Shown one piece after another: positions 1 to 11,566 of a stretch of 64,000 nt of DNA. Position numbers and translations under genes: made by a program. The number at the start of each line of letters is the position of its first letter. Within the stretch, counting starts at the first letter, position 1. Origin of the DNA: Phyllobates terribilis (lineage: Eukaryota); NCBI RefSeq assembly GCF_046119375.1, contig NW_027362769.1, forward strand, positions 365,986,001 to 366,050,000, read 5' to 3'. Under the pieces are notes generated by a model. The model saw only the letters and a list, made by a program, of their open reading frames with translations, searched no databases and had not been told where the DNA came from.

Positions 1-101
1 CCGTGACTACCTGCCCGCCTTCCCTGGGAGCCACCCGCTTCCTTACAAGGACTGCCCCTTTGTATAGTTGCTCAGAGGTTCCACCTCTCAGACCCGTTAC
101 A
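1..101 (+). repeat. 3' part of the 5' LTR
   Basis: Near-identical to about 5320-5420; ends ...CCCGTTACA. Confidence 0.9.
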
Positions 102-114
102 GTTTGCTCGGGCC

Positions 115-1048
115 ATGGAATCCCGGTGGCACCCAAGCTCCCTCGCTCTCGGACCTATGTCATGAACTTTCCCGTCAGAGGTCCCAACAGGAGTCCATCC
201 TGAGCCACCTGCGTAGTGTTAACTCCCGCCTGGACACACTGACTACCTCTTCGGGACCTGCTTCCAGTCCCACGACTCCTACCCCGGCAGTGCCGCTGCC
301 CATCAATTCCATGGCAACTCTTCCCGGTCCTCGCCTCACCGCCCCGCCTCGTTTTGGACGAGATCCCGGACAGGCACGGGGCTTCATTAACCTGTGCACT
401 CTGCACTTCGAACTGTTGGCACACCAGTTTTCCACCGACCGAGCCAAAGTAGCCTTCATCATGTCCCATCTCACGGGAGAGGCGCTGGCTTGGTTAAATC
501 CTCTATGGGAGAGAGGAGACCCCCTGGTATCCAACCTGCCATCCTTTCTCACGACTTTCCGGAAGGTCTTCGACGAACCAGGATGGAGGACCTCATCCGC
601 CTCATCTCTGCTACGCCTCCGCCAAGGAAGTCTCACCGTGGGTCAATATGCCATACGGTTCCGTACCCTTGCTTCGGAGCTTGCCTGGGATAACGACGCT
701 CTGGTGTCCGTCTTCTGGGAGGGTCTGTCCGGCCGTATTAAAGATGAACTCGCCGGTCGGGACATTCCTACCACTCTTGACGACTTAATTACACTTGTCA
801 CCCGGATTGACATCCGGTTCCAGGAGCGCACCAAAGAGGACACCCGTGAGAGGAGGTTTCCACGCCTTGCCCCTACCTTCCAGAGATCCGTCACTTCCTC
901 CGTTACTCCCCCGGCGCACTCACCCGAGCCTATGCAGGTCGACCAGACCAAGATGGTCAAGACCCGTCAAGAATTACGCCGTGCCGAGGGGAGCTGCTTC
1001 TACTGTGGCAATAAGGAGCACCGGATCCGTTCCTTCCCGGAGAGGTAG
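115..1048 (+). pseudogene. gag: gag (retrotransposon capsid-type domain plus degenerate zinc knuckle)
   Basis: ORF 68..1048 contains PPRFGRD...KVAFIMSHLTGEALAW...LRQG and CFYCGNKEHRIRSF (last Cys is Phe). The ATG at 115 is one base out of frame. A TAG precedes the slippery site. Confidence 0.85.
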
Positions 1049-1116
1049 GGAAACGCCTGTGTCTAGGGTCGCTCTGAGAGGTCGCCCTAGACAGAAATAA
1101 ACCCTCTCCATCTCTA

Positions 1117-2988
1117 ATGCTGTCGGTCTCTATCATCTGCGGGGAGAACCGTTATTTTGAACTGACTCAATTTGACTCTGGAGCTGCCGGAAATCTCATT
1201 TCTCAGTCCCTGGTAGAGAAATACCGCATTCCCACCAAACCTCTGGCTGTACCCTTATCTGTCGCCGCCGTGGATGGAGGCCTCTTACCTCATCCCATCC
1301 AACTCATCACCGAATCCATAACTTTGCAGGTGGGAATGCTGCACTCTGAGAGCATCTTCTTTCATGTTCTGCCTGGACTCTCTCACGCCCTCTTGCTAGG
1401 CCTACCTTGGCTCCAGAAACACGCACCCGTGCTTGATTGGCAGACCGGAGAAGTTCTTCGCTGGGGACAGGACTGCCATAAGACTTGTTTAGTTCCCGTT
1501 CATCCTGCCCATCCTTCTCCTACCCCAGCCAATCTACCCGGCCTACCGGTTCCCTATTGGTCTTTTGCGGACGTCTTTAATAAAAGAGAAGCAGAGACAT
1601 TACCCCCTCATAGACCATACGACTGCCCAATTGACCTGATGCCCGGCGCTACTCCTCCCCGTGGGCGTATTTACCCTTTGTCCGCTGCTGAGACCCGGTC
1701 CATGTCTGAATATATTGAGGAGAATCTGGCCCGGGGATTTATCCGGAAATCTACCTCCCCGGCGGGAGCAGGCTTCTTCTTCGTCAAGAAGAAGGACGGC
1801 TCACTCCGTCCCTGTATAGACTATAGAGGCCTTAACCAGATCACAGTGAAGAATAAATACCCCCTTCCGCTCATTCCTGAATTATTTGACCGTCTGAGGG
1901 GGGCTAGAATCTTCACCAAGCTGGACCTCCGTGGGGCGTATAATCTGGTCCGTATCCGTCAGGGGGATGAATGGAAGACGCCATTCAACACCCGGGATGG
2001 CCAATATGAATACCTTTTATTGCCCTTCGGTCTCTGTAATGCTCCCGCCGTCTTTCAAGAGTTGGTCAATGACATCTTCTGTGACCTTCTCTACTCCTGC
2101 CTGGTGGTGTACCTGGACAACATCTTGGTCTTCTCTCCAGATCTTCTCACTCACCGGAGGGACGTTCGTCAGGTCCTGCTCAGGCTCAGGCAGAACCACC
2201 TCTATGCTAAATATGAGAAGTGCCTCTTTGAGCAGACCTCGCTTCCGTTTCTGGGCTACATAATCTCTCAGACCGGCCTACAAATGGACCCTGAGAAACT
2301 GTCTGCCATCCAGAAGTGGCCCCGACCAGAGGGGTTGAAGGCTATTCAGCGGTTCCTGGGCTTCGCCAACTACTACCGCCTCTTCATTCCGCACTTCTCT
2401 TCCCGGACTGCCCCTATCTCGGCGCTCACCCGTAAGGGCGCTAATCCCAGAGAATGGCCGCCCGAAGCAGAGGAGGCCTTCCTTTCCTTAAAACGAGCTT
2501 TTTCCTCCGCCCCTGTGCTGCATTGTCCGGACGGCAACAAACAATTCTTTCTAGAAGTCGACGTTTCCTCCTCCGGAGCCAGAGCAGTACTTACCCAAAA
2601 GTCGTCTTCCGGAAGAATGGTAACCTGCGGCTTCTTCTCCAAACTCTTCTCCTCTTCTGAGCGCAATTATTCTATAGGAGACCGAGAATTGTTGGCCATT
2701 AAGCTGGCACTGGAGGAGTGGCGTTACCTGCTCGAGGGGGCTCTTCACCCGGTAATAATTTACACGGACCACAAGAACTTGGCTTACCTCCAGAGTGCCC
2801 AGAGACTTAACCCGCGCCAAGCCCGGTGGTCCTTGTTCTTCACCCGCTTTAATTTCATTCTTCATTTTCGCCCGGCTGACAAAAACATCAAAGCTGATGC
2901 TTTATCCCGATCCTTTTGGTCTCTGATCTTGAGGAGGAGCCTAAACACATCATCGACCCCGCCAAAGTATTGCAGGTGGCCCCCGTGA
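1117..2988 (+). pseudogene. pol: pol, protease-RT-RNase H part
   Basis: FDSGA protease motif, LRPCIDYRGLN, FTKLDLRGAY, YLDN (catalytic YLDD altered), RNase H DHKNL; frameshift near 2915. Confidence 0.92.
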
Positions 2989-4315
2989 ATCTAAATCGTC
3001 TTCCACCCGATAAGACGTTCGTATCTGTTCCTGATCGTGAGAGGGTTCTACACTGGGGACACTCGTACAAGCTAGCTGGCCATGCTGGTCAGAAAAAGAC
3101 CCTCCAGCTTATTTCCCGGCATTACTGGTGGCCTACCCTGCACAATGACGAAATAGACTTTGTTTCAGCCTGTGTGTCCTGCGCCCGCAACAAGGTTCCG
3201 AGACATCTGCCAGCCGGCCGTCTCCTTCCTCTTCCTGTACCTGCTGCCTCGTGGCAGCATATAGCTATGGACTTTATTACGGACCTCCCTGGCTCTGCCG
3301 GTTGTACGGTCATATGGGTGGTCGCTGACCGCTTTTCCAAAATGGCTCACTTTATTCCCCTGCCGGGTCTCCCGTCTGCATCAGAGTTAGCTAAAGACTT
3401 GATTCATCATGTCTTCCGTCTTCATGGTCTTCATCTCCACATTGTATCCGACCGAGGGGTTCAGTTCACCTCTCGTTTTTGGCGAGCCATGTGTAAACTG
3501 CTGGGGGTCACCTTGGACTTTTCTTCTGCTTTTCACCCACAGTCCAATGGCCAAGTAGAACGGATCAACCAAATTTTAACCAGTTACCTCCGGAACTTTG
3601 TTAATGCTCACCAACCCGACTGGGTGGATCTTTTACCGTGGGCCGAATTTTCTTACAATAATCACGAGAGCGAATCTTCCTCCAAATCCCCGTTTTTTGT
3701 AGTCTTCGGTCAGCATCCTCGGATCCCGTTTCCCGTCTCCGCTTCGGTGGACAATCCGGCTGCGGAATCTCTCGTTAACGAATTTTCCTCCATTTGGGAA
3801 AGTACCAGATCTGCACTTCTTCAGTCATCCGAGCGGATGAAAAAACAGGCTGACAAAAGACGTCTGGATCCACCACAATTCCGTCCTGGAGATAAGGTCT
3901 GGCTCTCGTCCAAATATGTCCGGCTCAAGATTCCTTCCTACAAGTTAGGGCCTCGGTTCATCGGTCCACTGGAAGTTATCAAACAGATCAATCCGGTGGC
4001 CTATAAATTGAAACTCCCGGCCAATTTGCGGATCCCTAACTCCTTCCATGTATCTCTACTCAAACCCGTGATACTTAACTCTTTTTCCAAGTCTACAGGT
4101 ACGCCTCCTGCTCCGGTTTCCGCTGAAAATGAGTTTGAGGTAGAGAACATTCTGGCCACCAAAAGGGTAAGAGGAAAATCCTTTTTTCTAGTGGATTGGA
4201 AGGTGTTTGGTCCTGAGGAGAGAACATGGGAGCCCCGGGAGAACATCCATGCCCCTCTCATCCTTGATAAATTTCTCTCCGGCCTAAAAAAAGGGGGGCC
4301 TAAAGGGGGGGGTAC
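2916..4315 (+). pseudogene. pol: pol, integrase plus C-terminal chromodomain
   Basis: H..AGH...CVSC zinc motif, IAMDFITDLP, SDRGVQF, GQVERIN, GPY/F-like GPRFIGP, chromodomain FEVENIL...FLVDWK.FGPEERTWEP. Confidence 0.92.
4302..4312 (+). other. Polypurine tract
   Basis: AAAGGGGGGGG, 3 nt before the TGTAG start of the LTR. Confidence 0.85.
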
Positions 4316-5420
4316 TGTAGCGTCGGCGTCCCTGCCTCCTGCTAGGCAGGGACGCCGTTCCCCTCACCTCTCTGCTCCGGGCCCGGCGTCTTCCTCCCGC
4401 TCTGCTGGCAGCGCGCGCTGCTTCCCGGCCTCTGTGCTTAGGGCGCGCGCGCTCCCCCTCTCTTAAAGGGGCCGCGCGCGTCGTCCTAAGGAGTCCCCGG
4501 CCAATGGCCGGAGGACCTCACCATATATAAGGCACCTCCTCCAAAATGGAGGTGCCCGAGCAATGTTGTTGCAAAGCCTTTCAACTCTGCTTCAGCCCTC
4601 AGGTCCCGTTACCAGTTACCTGCCAGTCACCTGCCAGATTCCTGCTTGATACCTGCCTGATTCCTGCCTGATATCTGCTTACCTGCTTGCTATCCTGTGG
4701 TCCGACAGTCTGCCTACCAGCACCTGCCAGTCTGTCTATGGATCAGTCCGCCTGCGGACCAGGAAGTACCCACCAGATACCTGCCTGATACCTGCCTGCC
4801 TGTCCAGAGACTCTTACTCGCTCACCTGGGAGCGCTCACCTGCTACCTGCCTGCTAGCCTACCTGGAGGCTTAGCCGTCACTTGCTGTGACCACCTGCCT
4901 GTCCAGAGACTCTTACTCGCTCACCTGGGAGCGCTCACCTGCTACCTGCCTGCTAGCCTACCTGGAGACTTAGCCGTCACTTGCTGTGACCACCTGCCTG
5001 TCCAGAGACTCTTGCCCGCTCACCTGGGAGCGCTCACCTGCTACCTGCCTGCTAGCCTACCTGGAGGCTCTGCCGTCACTTGCCGTGACCACCTGCCTGT
5101 CCAGAGACTCTTGCCCGCTCACCTGGGAGCGCTCACCTGCTACCTGCCTGCTAGCCTATCTAGAGACTCTTTCCCTGCTGTCACTTGCCGTGACCACCTG
5201 CCCGTCTAGAGACTCTTACCCTGCTGTCACTTGCCGTGACCATCCGCCTGTCAAGAGACTGTCCCCGTCACTTGCCGTGACTTGCTGCCCTTCTACCCAG
5301 AGACTGTCCCTGTCACTTGCCGTGACTAACTGCCCGCCTTCCCTGGGAGCCACCCGCTTCCTTACAAGGACTGCCCCTTTGTATAGTTGCTCAGAGGTTC
5401 CACCTCCCAGACCCGTTACA
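4316..5420 (+). repeat. 3' LTR (1105 bp) with TATATAA at 4524-4530 and internal roughly 100-bp tandem repeats (about 4790-5330)
   Basis: TGTAGCG...CGTTACA terminal inverted repeat; follows the PPT; its end matches 1-101. Confidence 0.92.
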
Positions 5421-5424
5421 CGGT

Positions 5425-5440
5425 GGCTCTGAAAAGAGCC
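5425..5440 (-). terminator. Histone 3' stem-loop of the decayed H4; downstream element displaced by the LTR
   Basis: Minus strand GGCTCTTTTCAGAGCC, then ACCG, then the LTR end. Confidence 0.93.
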
Positions 5441-5472
5441 TTTTGGCTGTAAGGATGGAGCAGAGAATACAA

Positions 5473-5793
<321 letters not shown>

Positions 5794-6588
5794 TCAGCTG
5801 AAAACTGTGACGAAGCCCCACGGACTCTTCTTTTTTTTAGCGGATGGGTGGACCAGAGAGAAGACTGCAGAGGTGACGCGTTTCCAGGGCGGGTCTTACA
5901 GAATCTACATTAGCTCCTCCTTCCTCTGCTGATTGGCTGAACACTGAACTGCTGGGGAGTTTGAATTTCCCGTTCATTGTGCAGTTTCTGCAGTTCTTTC
6001 CAGCTTCTACTCTATGTAACTTATTTCCCTGTGAAGAGAAATATCCCAAATATTGTCATCACCTTTCCAGATCATGGTGGAGAAATCTAATCAATGAAAT
6101 TCATAGTTGGAGAAATAACCTGACAATCATAAATGAAAATGAATATATTTTTATAACATGAATACAAAACCACCAAGGACACACAACATAACAGATTTGA
6201 AGAGCAAAAACTCAACAACAAAAAAAAAACTCAGGATGTAGTGCTCTTCAATGAGAATTAACCAGGTCTTTACTGAAAATTCCACTGAACACTGAAAGAA
6301 CAATTTTACAAATATATTAATACCACATATGTGTGTTTTTTTATTTTTTAAGTTTCTCTGATTTAAACGGGAGTAATTGGGAAGTGATTCCACCCTGTGA
6401 TCATCTGTTTGCCTGTACTATGCACAGCGCTGTATACAGCTATAGTATATAGCTATAGCCATGGTTACCTGTGAACATCAGCCGTGAGCTGGCTTATATA
6501 GACGTGCAAACATGACAGATATGAGGGTCTTCAGCAGACCCCTTGCTTTCATGACACCCCTATTCAAACTGCCCATCACACGTTCTGA

Positions 6589-7471
6589 GTCTTTGTGCCC
6601 ACGATGCGTTTTTTAAGCGTTCCCGCAATGGCAATTCCGCTGCAGAAACGCTTAAAAAACGCTTGATAGAAGGTCTGCCATGGTCCCCAACGATTATCCG
6701 CATGTGTTGTGCACATGCTGCGGAAATTTCTGCTGCCGATTATCATTGCGGAAAAAAACGCAGCACTACCAATTATTTTGCGAAAGAGCTGTATTTTCAC
6801 CGCCATTGACTTGCACTGGAACGCTTGGATTCCACATCACTGGATCTGTACATGCGGATTCCATGCGTTTCAATGTGCGGATGTTACCCGGGTGTGCAGC
6901 ACAGGAGACTCTCCTCCAGACCCAGGTACCATAGAACCTGTAAAAAAAAAGAATAAAATGAAAAAATAAACATTATACTTACCTTCTGATGGCCCCCGGT
7001 GTCTTTGTTCTGGCTTGCCGGCAGATCGCGGTGGACTCAAGGACATGCCATGACGTCATTTAGTCATGTGACGGGTCACGCGACCGCTGACGTTGGCAGG
7101 TCCTTTCAGTGCACCGCGAGCCGCCGGCAAGCCGAGACGCATCGAATAAAGACTCCGGGGGCCATCAGAAGGTAAGTATAAATTTATTTTTTATTTTTTA
7201 ACATTCTTTCGGTCACACTATATAAATCTATGCCGGCTGCGTGGATTTATATAGTGTGACCAAGTTGTCAAGCACTTTCCAGGTGATGCTAAAATCGCTT
7301 GGAAAGCGATTGACAACTCGCATGTGGAAATACATGTGAAGAACGCTTCACATCCGCTTGTCCCTGGCAGGAAAAACGCATGTACAATCCGCATGTGTTT
7401 TTTCTGCCAGGGAGATGTAGAAACTTTCAGGAAAAAATCTGGAGCATTTCTGCATCGTGGACACATAGCCT
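6589..7471. mobile_element. Non-autonomous DNA transposon (MITE-like)
   Basis: Imperfect terminal inverted repeats (GTCTTTGTGCCCACGATGC / GCATCGTGGACACATAGCC) and internal inverted arms near 6970-7005 and 7150-7190. Confidence 0.55.
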
Positions 7472-8283
7472 GCATCACTGTGATAGACTGAAGAAGTTAA
7501 GCTCCTCTCAAGACTGTTGCAGGCGGATGATGGCTGAATAACTCAACCATCAACTGTCGGCAAAGATACCGGCTTAGTTCCCTACACACCAGGAGTATAA
7601 TAATTAAATAACATCCTACTGGTGTATAAGCTTACACTAACATTATTCAATGGAATGGTGGCGCTAATGGTTAAGACCTATATCTGCTGCAAGAGAGGAC
7701 AACTACCACAGTTGTCTGACGTTTTCAAGATAAAAAATATATAAAACAACTTGCGCTAGTGTATAGGGTATGTGGCAAGAAATAACAATGAAGATGTTAA
7801 AAATGACCAATTTTATTAAATACGTAGGTTACGAGAAGTTAAAAATCATTGTTTTAAAAGTTGGCTAGTAGGCTAAAAGCAATGGGAGGAGGGAAGATAG
7901 TCATAATGGGAGCCCTAGAAGTTTTTCCTGGTTGAGAGGCAGTTATGAGCTTCCTGGAGGGTCTTTTGATGACCAGGTAGGAGGGTCCCCCTTATATGGA
8001 GAAAAGTTAATTTGCACTCTTCTTGTCAGTTGTGGACCTCCAATGTCAGTGGACCTGTGTGGCTGCCGGTCCGTGTGGCAGAAGAAGCTTCCTCCACTAT
8101 ATGAATGAGCGCTTGTGGCATGGTGCAGAGAGGGGAGGTGCAGGGTCCCGGCCAGAGACCCGCCGCTCTCACCAATCTCTGTGTTTATCGGCACTCGGCG
8201 GTGCAGAAGAGAACCTGCGCGCTTGTGCACACTGGCAGCTTGAGGACCTGTGTGACGTCACGTAGGTGAGTACCGGTACGGTG

Positions 8284-8354
8284 GCCTAGGGGGATCAGAA
8301 AGGCTGATGCGTTTCAGAAACTCCGGTTTCCTTCTTCAGAGCTGATCCCTAGGC
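8284..8354 (-). ncRNA. Type I hammerhead ribozyme of the Penelope-like element
   Basis: Minus strand: CCTAGGGATCAGCT-CTGAAGA-AGGAAAC.CGGA.GTTTCT-GAAACGCATC-AGC...CTGATCCCCCTAGG. Has the CUGANGA and GAAA cores, stem II, a minimal stem III and an extended stem I. Confidence 0.7.
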
Positions 8355-8412
8355 ACTTCTGGGTCCTTTTTATAGGTCTATGGGTGGGAGTTTACCAATG
8401 GGCAGGTAGCTG

Positions 8413-10390
8413 TCACTTTTTTTTTTTTCTCTTTCCTTTTTTTTGGCCGTCAATCTTCATTAATCGCAACAGTTCGATTTCTGAGTTCAAGCCTCTAGGT
8501 TTTAGAGAGTCAAACATAAAGATCCATTTACTCTCAACTCGAGACATTTGTTTTGGGTAGTCACCTTTCCACCATTGTTTTGGCACGTTTTGTATAGCTG
8601 TCACCACAGTTCCTGCTATGGAACCCCCATGTTTTTCAGCATAGTGTTTTGAAAGTGGGTGCCCGTCAAACTTGGTGGTGATATTCCGTAGGTGTTCATT
8701 AATGGGGCATTTCGTTCTGCCTACGTATAGTTTTTTGCACGGACATTTTAAGCAATAAATAACCCCCTCTCTTGTGCATGTAATTAAATCTGGTATGGTA
8801 TGTGTTACGTCTCTTTCGGTTATTATTTTTTGTTTTTTCATATTTAGTTTTTTTCATACTGTGCATTTTTGACATGGGAAGAAGCCGCAGATATCTTTAG
8901 TAAAGGAGAGGGTTCCATTTTTTAGGGGGGTAATTTTGGACTGTGGCACAAGATTTCCCAGGTTGCATGCTTTCTTGTATATAAAGCGTGGGTTCTTTGC
9001 TAGTTTGTCACCAATAATCTTTTCATTTTGTAGGATACTCCAGTGTTTTTTAATGATTCTCTTTAGTAAATGTGTATTTGAGTTATAGGGTGTCATAATG
9101 GGTACATTCAAATCATTAGATGCTACCTGAATCGTTCTAGTGGGGCACTTTAGAATGTTTTCACGTGGAATTTGTTTTACTAGATTTTTGGTTGAGGTGA
9201 GGAAATGGGGGTCATATCCTTTATTTTGGAATTTGGTGGTTAGTACTCCTGCTTCCTCCTCAAAGTATTTGGTATCTGAACAGTTTCTATGAAGTCGCAT
9301 AAATTGGCTCTTTGGGATGTTGAATAACCAACTAGGGAGGTGGCAACTGTCCAGGGAGATGTAGCTGTTTGCATCTGTGGGTTTGGTAAAAGTGCAGTTG
9401 TGGATCTGATTATCACGTACATGGATATTGAGGTCAAGAAAATTGATTTGTTGGGTACTCGTGGTTGAGGTAAAATGTAAAGTCATTCTGGTTAATCTCC
9501 TCAATGAATTTGTCCAGAGAGAGTTGGTTGCCAGACCAAATAAAAATGATCTCATCGATAAAGCGATGCCATAGGACCAGGTTCGATCTCAGCGACCCAC
9601 CCGGGTAGATGGTGGAGTCTTCCCATTTTCCGACGTATAGGTTTGCATAACTGGGCGTGAACCTGGTCCCCATCACTGTGCCCCATTGCTGGGTATAGTA
9701 GTTCTTCCCGTGTTTGAAGTAATTGTGTGAAAGAATGAAATGCATACATTCATTGATGAATGAAATCTGGTACTCCGGTAGTTTATTCTGTTTTTTTTAG
9801 GAAATATGGAGCCGCTTGGCATCCTTTTTTATGTTGGATTACTGTATATAGTGATGTGATGTCAAGGGTGCCGAGGATGTAATTTTCCTCCCATGTGACT
9901 TGTTTTAGTAGGCGTAGTACATGTTGGCTGTCCTTGATGTAGGCCGGTAGGCGTGGGACCAAGTCATGTAGATGGTTGTCAATGCATCTGGAAAGGTTTG
10001 CAGTGAGGCACTGTATCCCTGAGATGATGGGTCTTCCTCTTGGATTGGTAAGAGATTTGTGAATCTTAGGAAGATAATAGAACACGGCTAATCTAGGTGA
10101 TCGGATGTTAATATAGTCAAATTCTGCTTTATTCATAAAACCTGCTTCTAGTCCCTTTTTGGTAAGTTGTCTCTATTTGTTATAGTAGGTAGAGGTAGGG
10201 TCGTTAGCAAGTACCTTAGTGCCTCATTTTGATAATGTTTGCTATCTATGATGACGAGGCCTCCTCCTTTATCTGCAGGGCGTATGATTATGTCATGGTT
10301 GTTTTGTAGGGATTTTATTGCCTTTCGTTTAGCCATGCTTAGATTATTTTTCCGTTTTGTGCATCTTTTATCACTGAGTGTACGTATTTC
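8413..10390 (-). mobile_element. Penelope-like retroelement, degenerate RT plus GIY-YIG endonuclease
   Basis: Fragments YYLPKIHK...GRPIISG, LDITSLYT, GTVMGTRFTPSYANLY, RFIDEI, and VIYCLKCPCKKLYVGRT (GIY-YIG); several frameshifts and stops. Confidence 0.9.
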
Positions 10391-10829
10391 GGTAATTACA
10401 TTATGCTGGAAGCTTTCAAAGGCTGCCGAGTATTCGTTGAGAGGGTGTGTATCAGGCTGGCGTCACCTCCCTGCGCACCCGGGCAAGTGCCGGGGCCCTG
10501 GACTAACAGAGGGGCCCACTGGCAGTCTGGGACAACGCTGCTCACTCTGGGAGTGTCTAAAATGGAGTTTCTCCCGGGAGGTGATGATGCGATTGGAAGG
10601 GATGGTGTCTCCTCCAGTTCAGTCCCCACCGATACCAGGAAGCAGCGTGGTGCTGCTGAGGCTGCTGTATATGAGGTGATGCTTCACTACAGATCCTAGG
10701 AGGGCTGAGGAGCTGCATAAGTGGTCAGTGTGGAGACAGAAATTATGTATTTAGTTTTTATGTATAGGACAAAGTGTAAATGGTCTGATACTGTGTTTTG
10801 GGGGCATAAAAATGTGGATCAGGTTGCTA

Positions 10830-11566
10830 CATGAGGGTTGCATGTAGTGGGTCTTGCACACAGAATGTGCACAGTTCTGCAGGTTGTGAGGGCTTACATA
10901 ACTAAAGGTGTGATGTTGAGGGTCTTGCACATAGAGGGTAGTGATGCATACATGTGCTGGATGTTGTGGGGCCTTTCACAGGGAAGGGATTGTCCACTGC
11001 TAGAACAACCCCTGTTCATACCCCACGCTTGGCCCAGATAAAATAAAAAAGCCTATACTCAGCTCTGATGCCGTTTCAGCGGTGTCCGTACGAGCGGGCT
11101 CTGGGCTCCTGTGCGGTTGTTGTGTCACGTGACCCCAGCACCCAGTCAGCGCTGGCGTCACTGTTCCCACCTTCGTACAAACTGAACATGAAGAGGAAGT
11201 CTGAGATCAGCCACAGCCCTGACTTCCTGTTGATGTTCGATTTGTACGAAGGTGGGGACAGTGACGCCAGCGCTGACTGGTCGCCGGGGTCACGTGTCAC
11301 AACAACCGCACGGGAGCCCAGAGACCACTCGTACCGACACCGCTGAAACGGCATCAGAGCTGAGCATAGGCTTTTTTATTTTATCTGGGCCAAGCGTGGA
11401 ATATGAAAAGGGTTTGCCCTAGGAGCGGATAACCCCTTTAATGCAGTATGTTGTGGGTCTTGCACAGGGAAGGGGGGGAAGATGATGTACATGAAATGTG
11501 CTGATGCTTTATGCACAGGACTGCCTGCATGTTGTGGGGCTTGCACAGTGAAGGGGGTGATGCATG
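10830..11566. repeat. Degenerate GCATGTTGTGGGGCTTGCACAGGGAAGGGGGTGATGCAT-type tandem repeat; resumes at 25087-25460 after the LTR insertion
   Basis: The same motif lies on both sides of the 11567-25086 element; about 118-bp periodicity at 25090-25440. Confidence 0.65.
10985..11441. mobile_element. T2/Kolobok-like palindromic MITE
   Basis: AGGGATTGTCC ... GGATAACCCCTTTAA termini; about 190-bp internal arms that are reverse complements around 11205-11220. Confidence 0.75.

Larger units (their letters stand above)
1..5420 (+). mobile_element. Ty3/Gypsy chromovirus (Tf1/sushi-type) LTR retrotransposon, defective; 5' LTR cut by the window start
   Basis: gag, PR-RT-RH-IN-chromodomain order, PPT, and a 3' LTR whose end matches bases 1-101. 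Confidence 0.95.
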
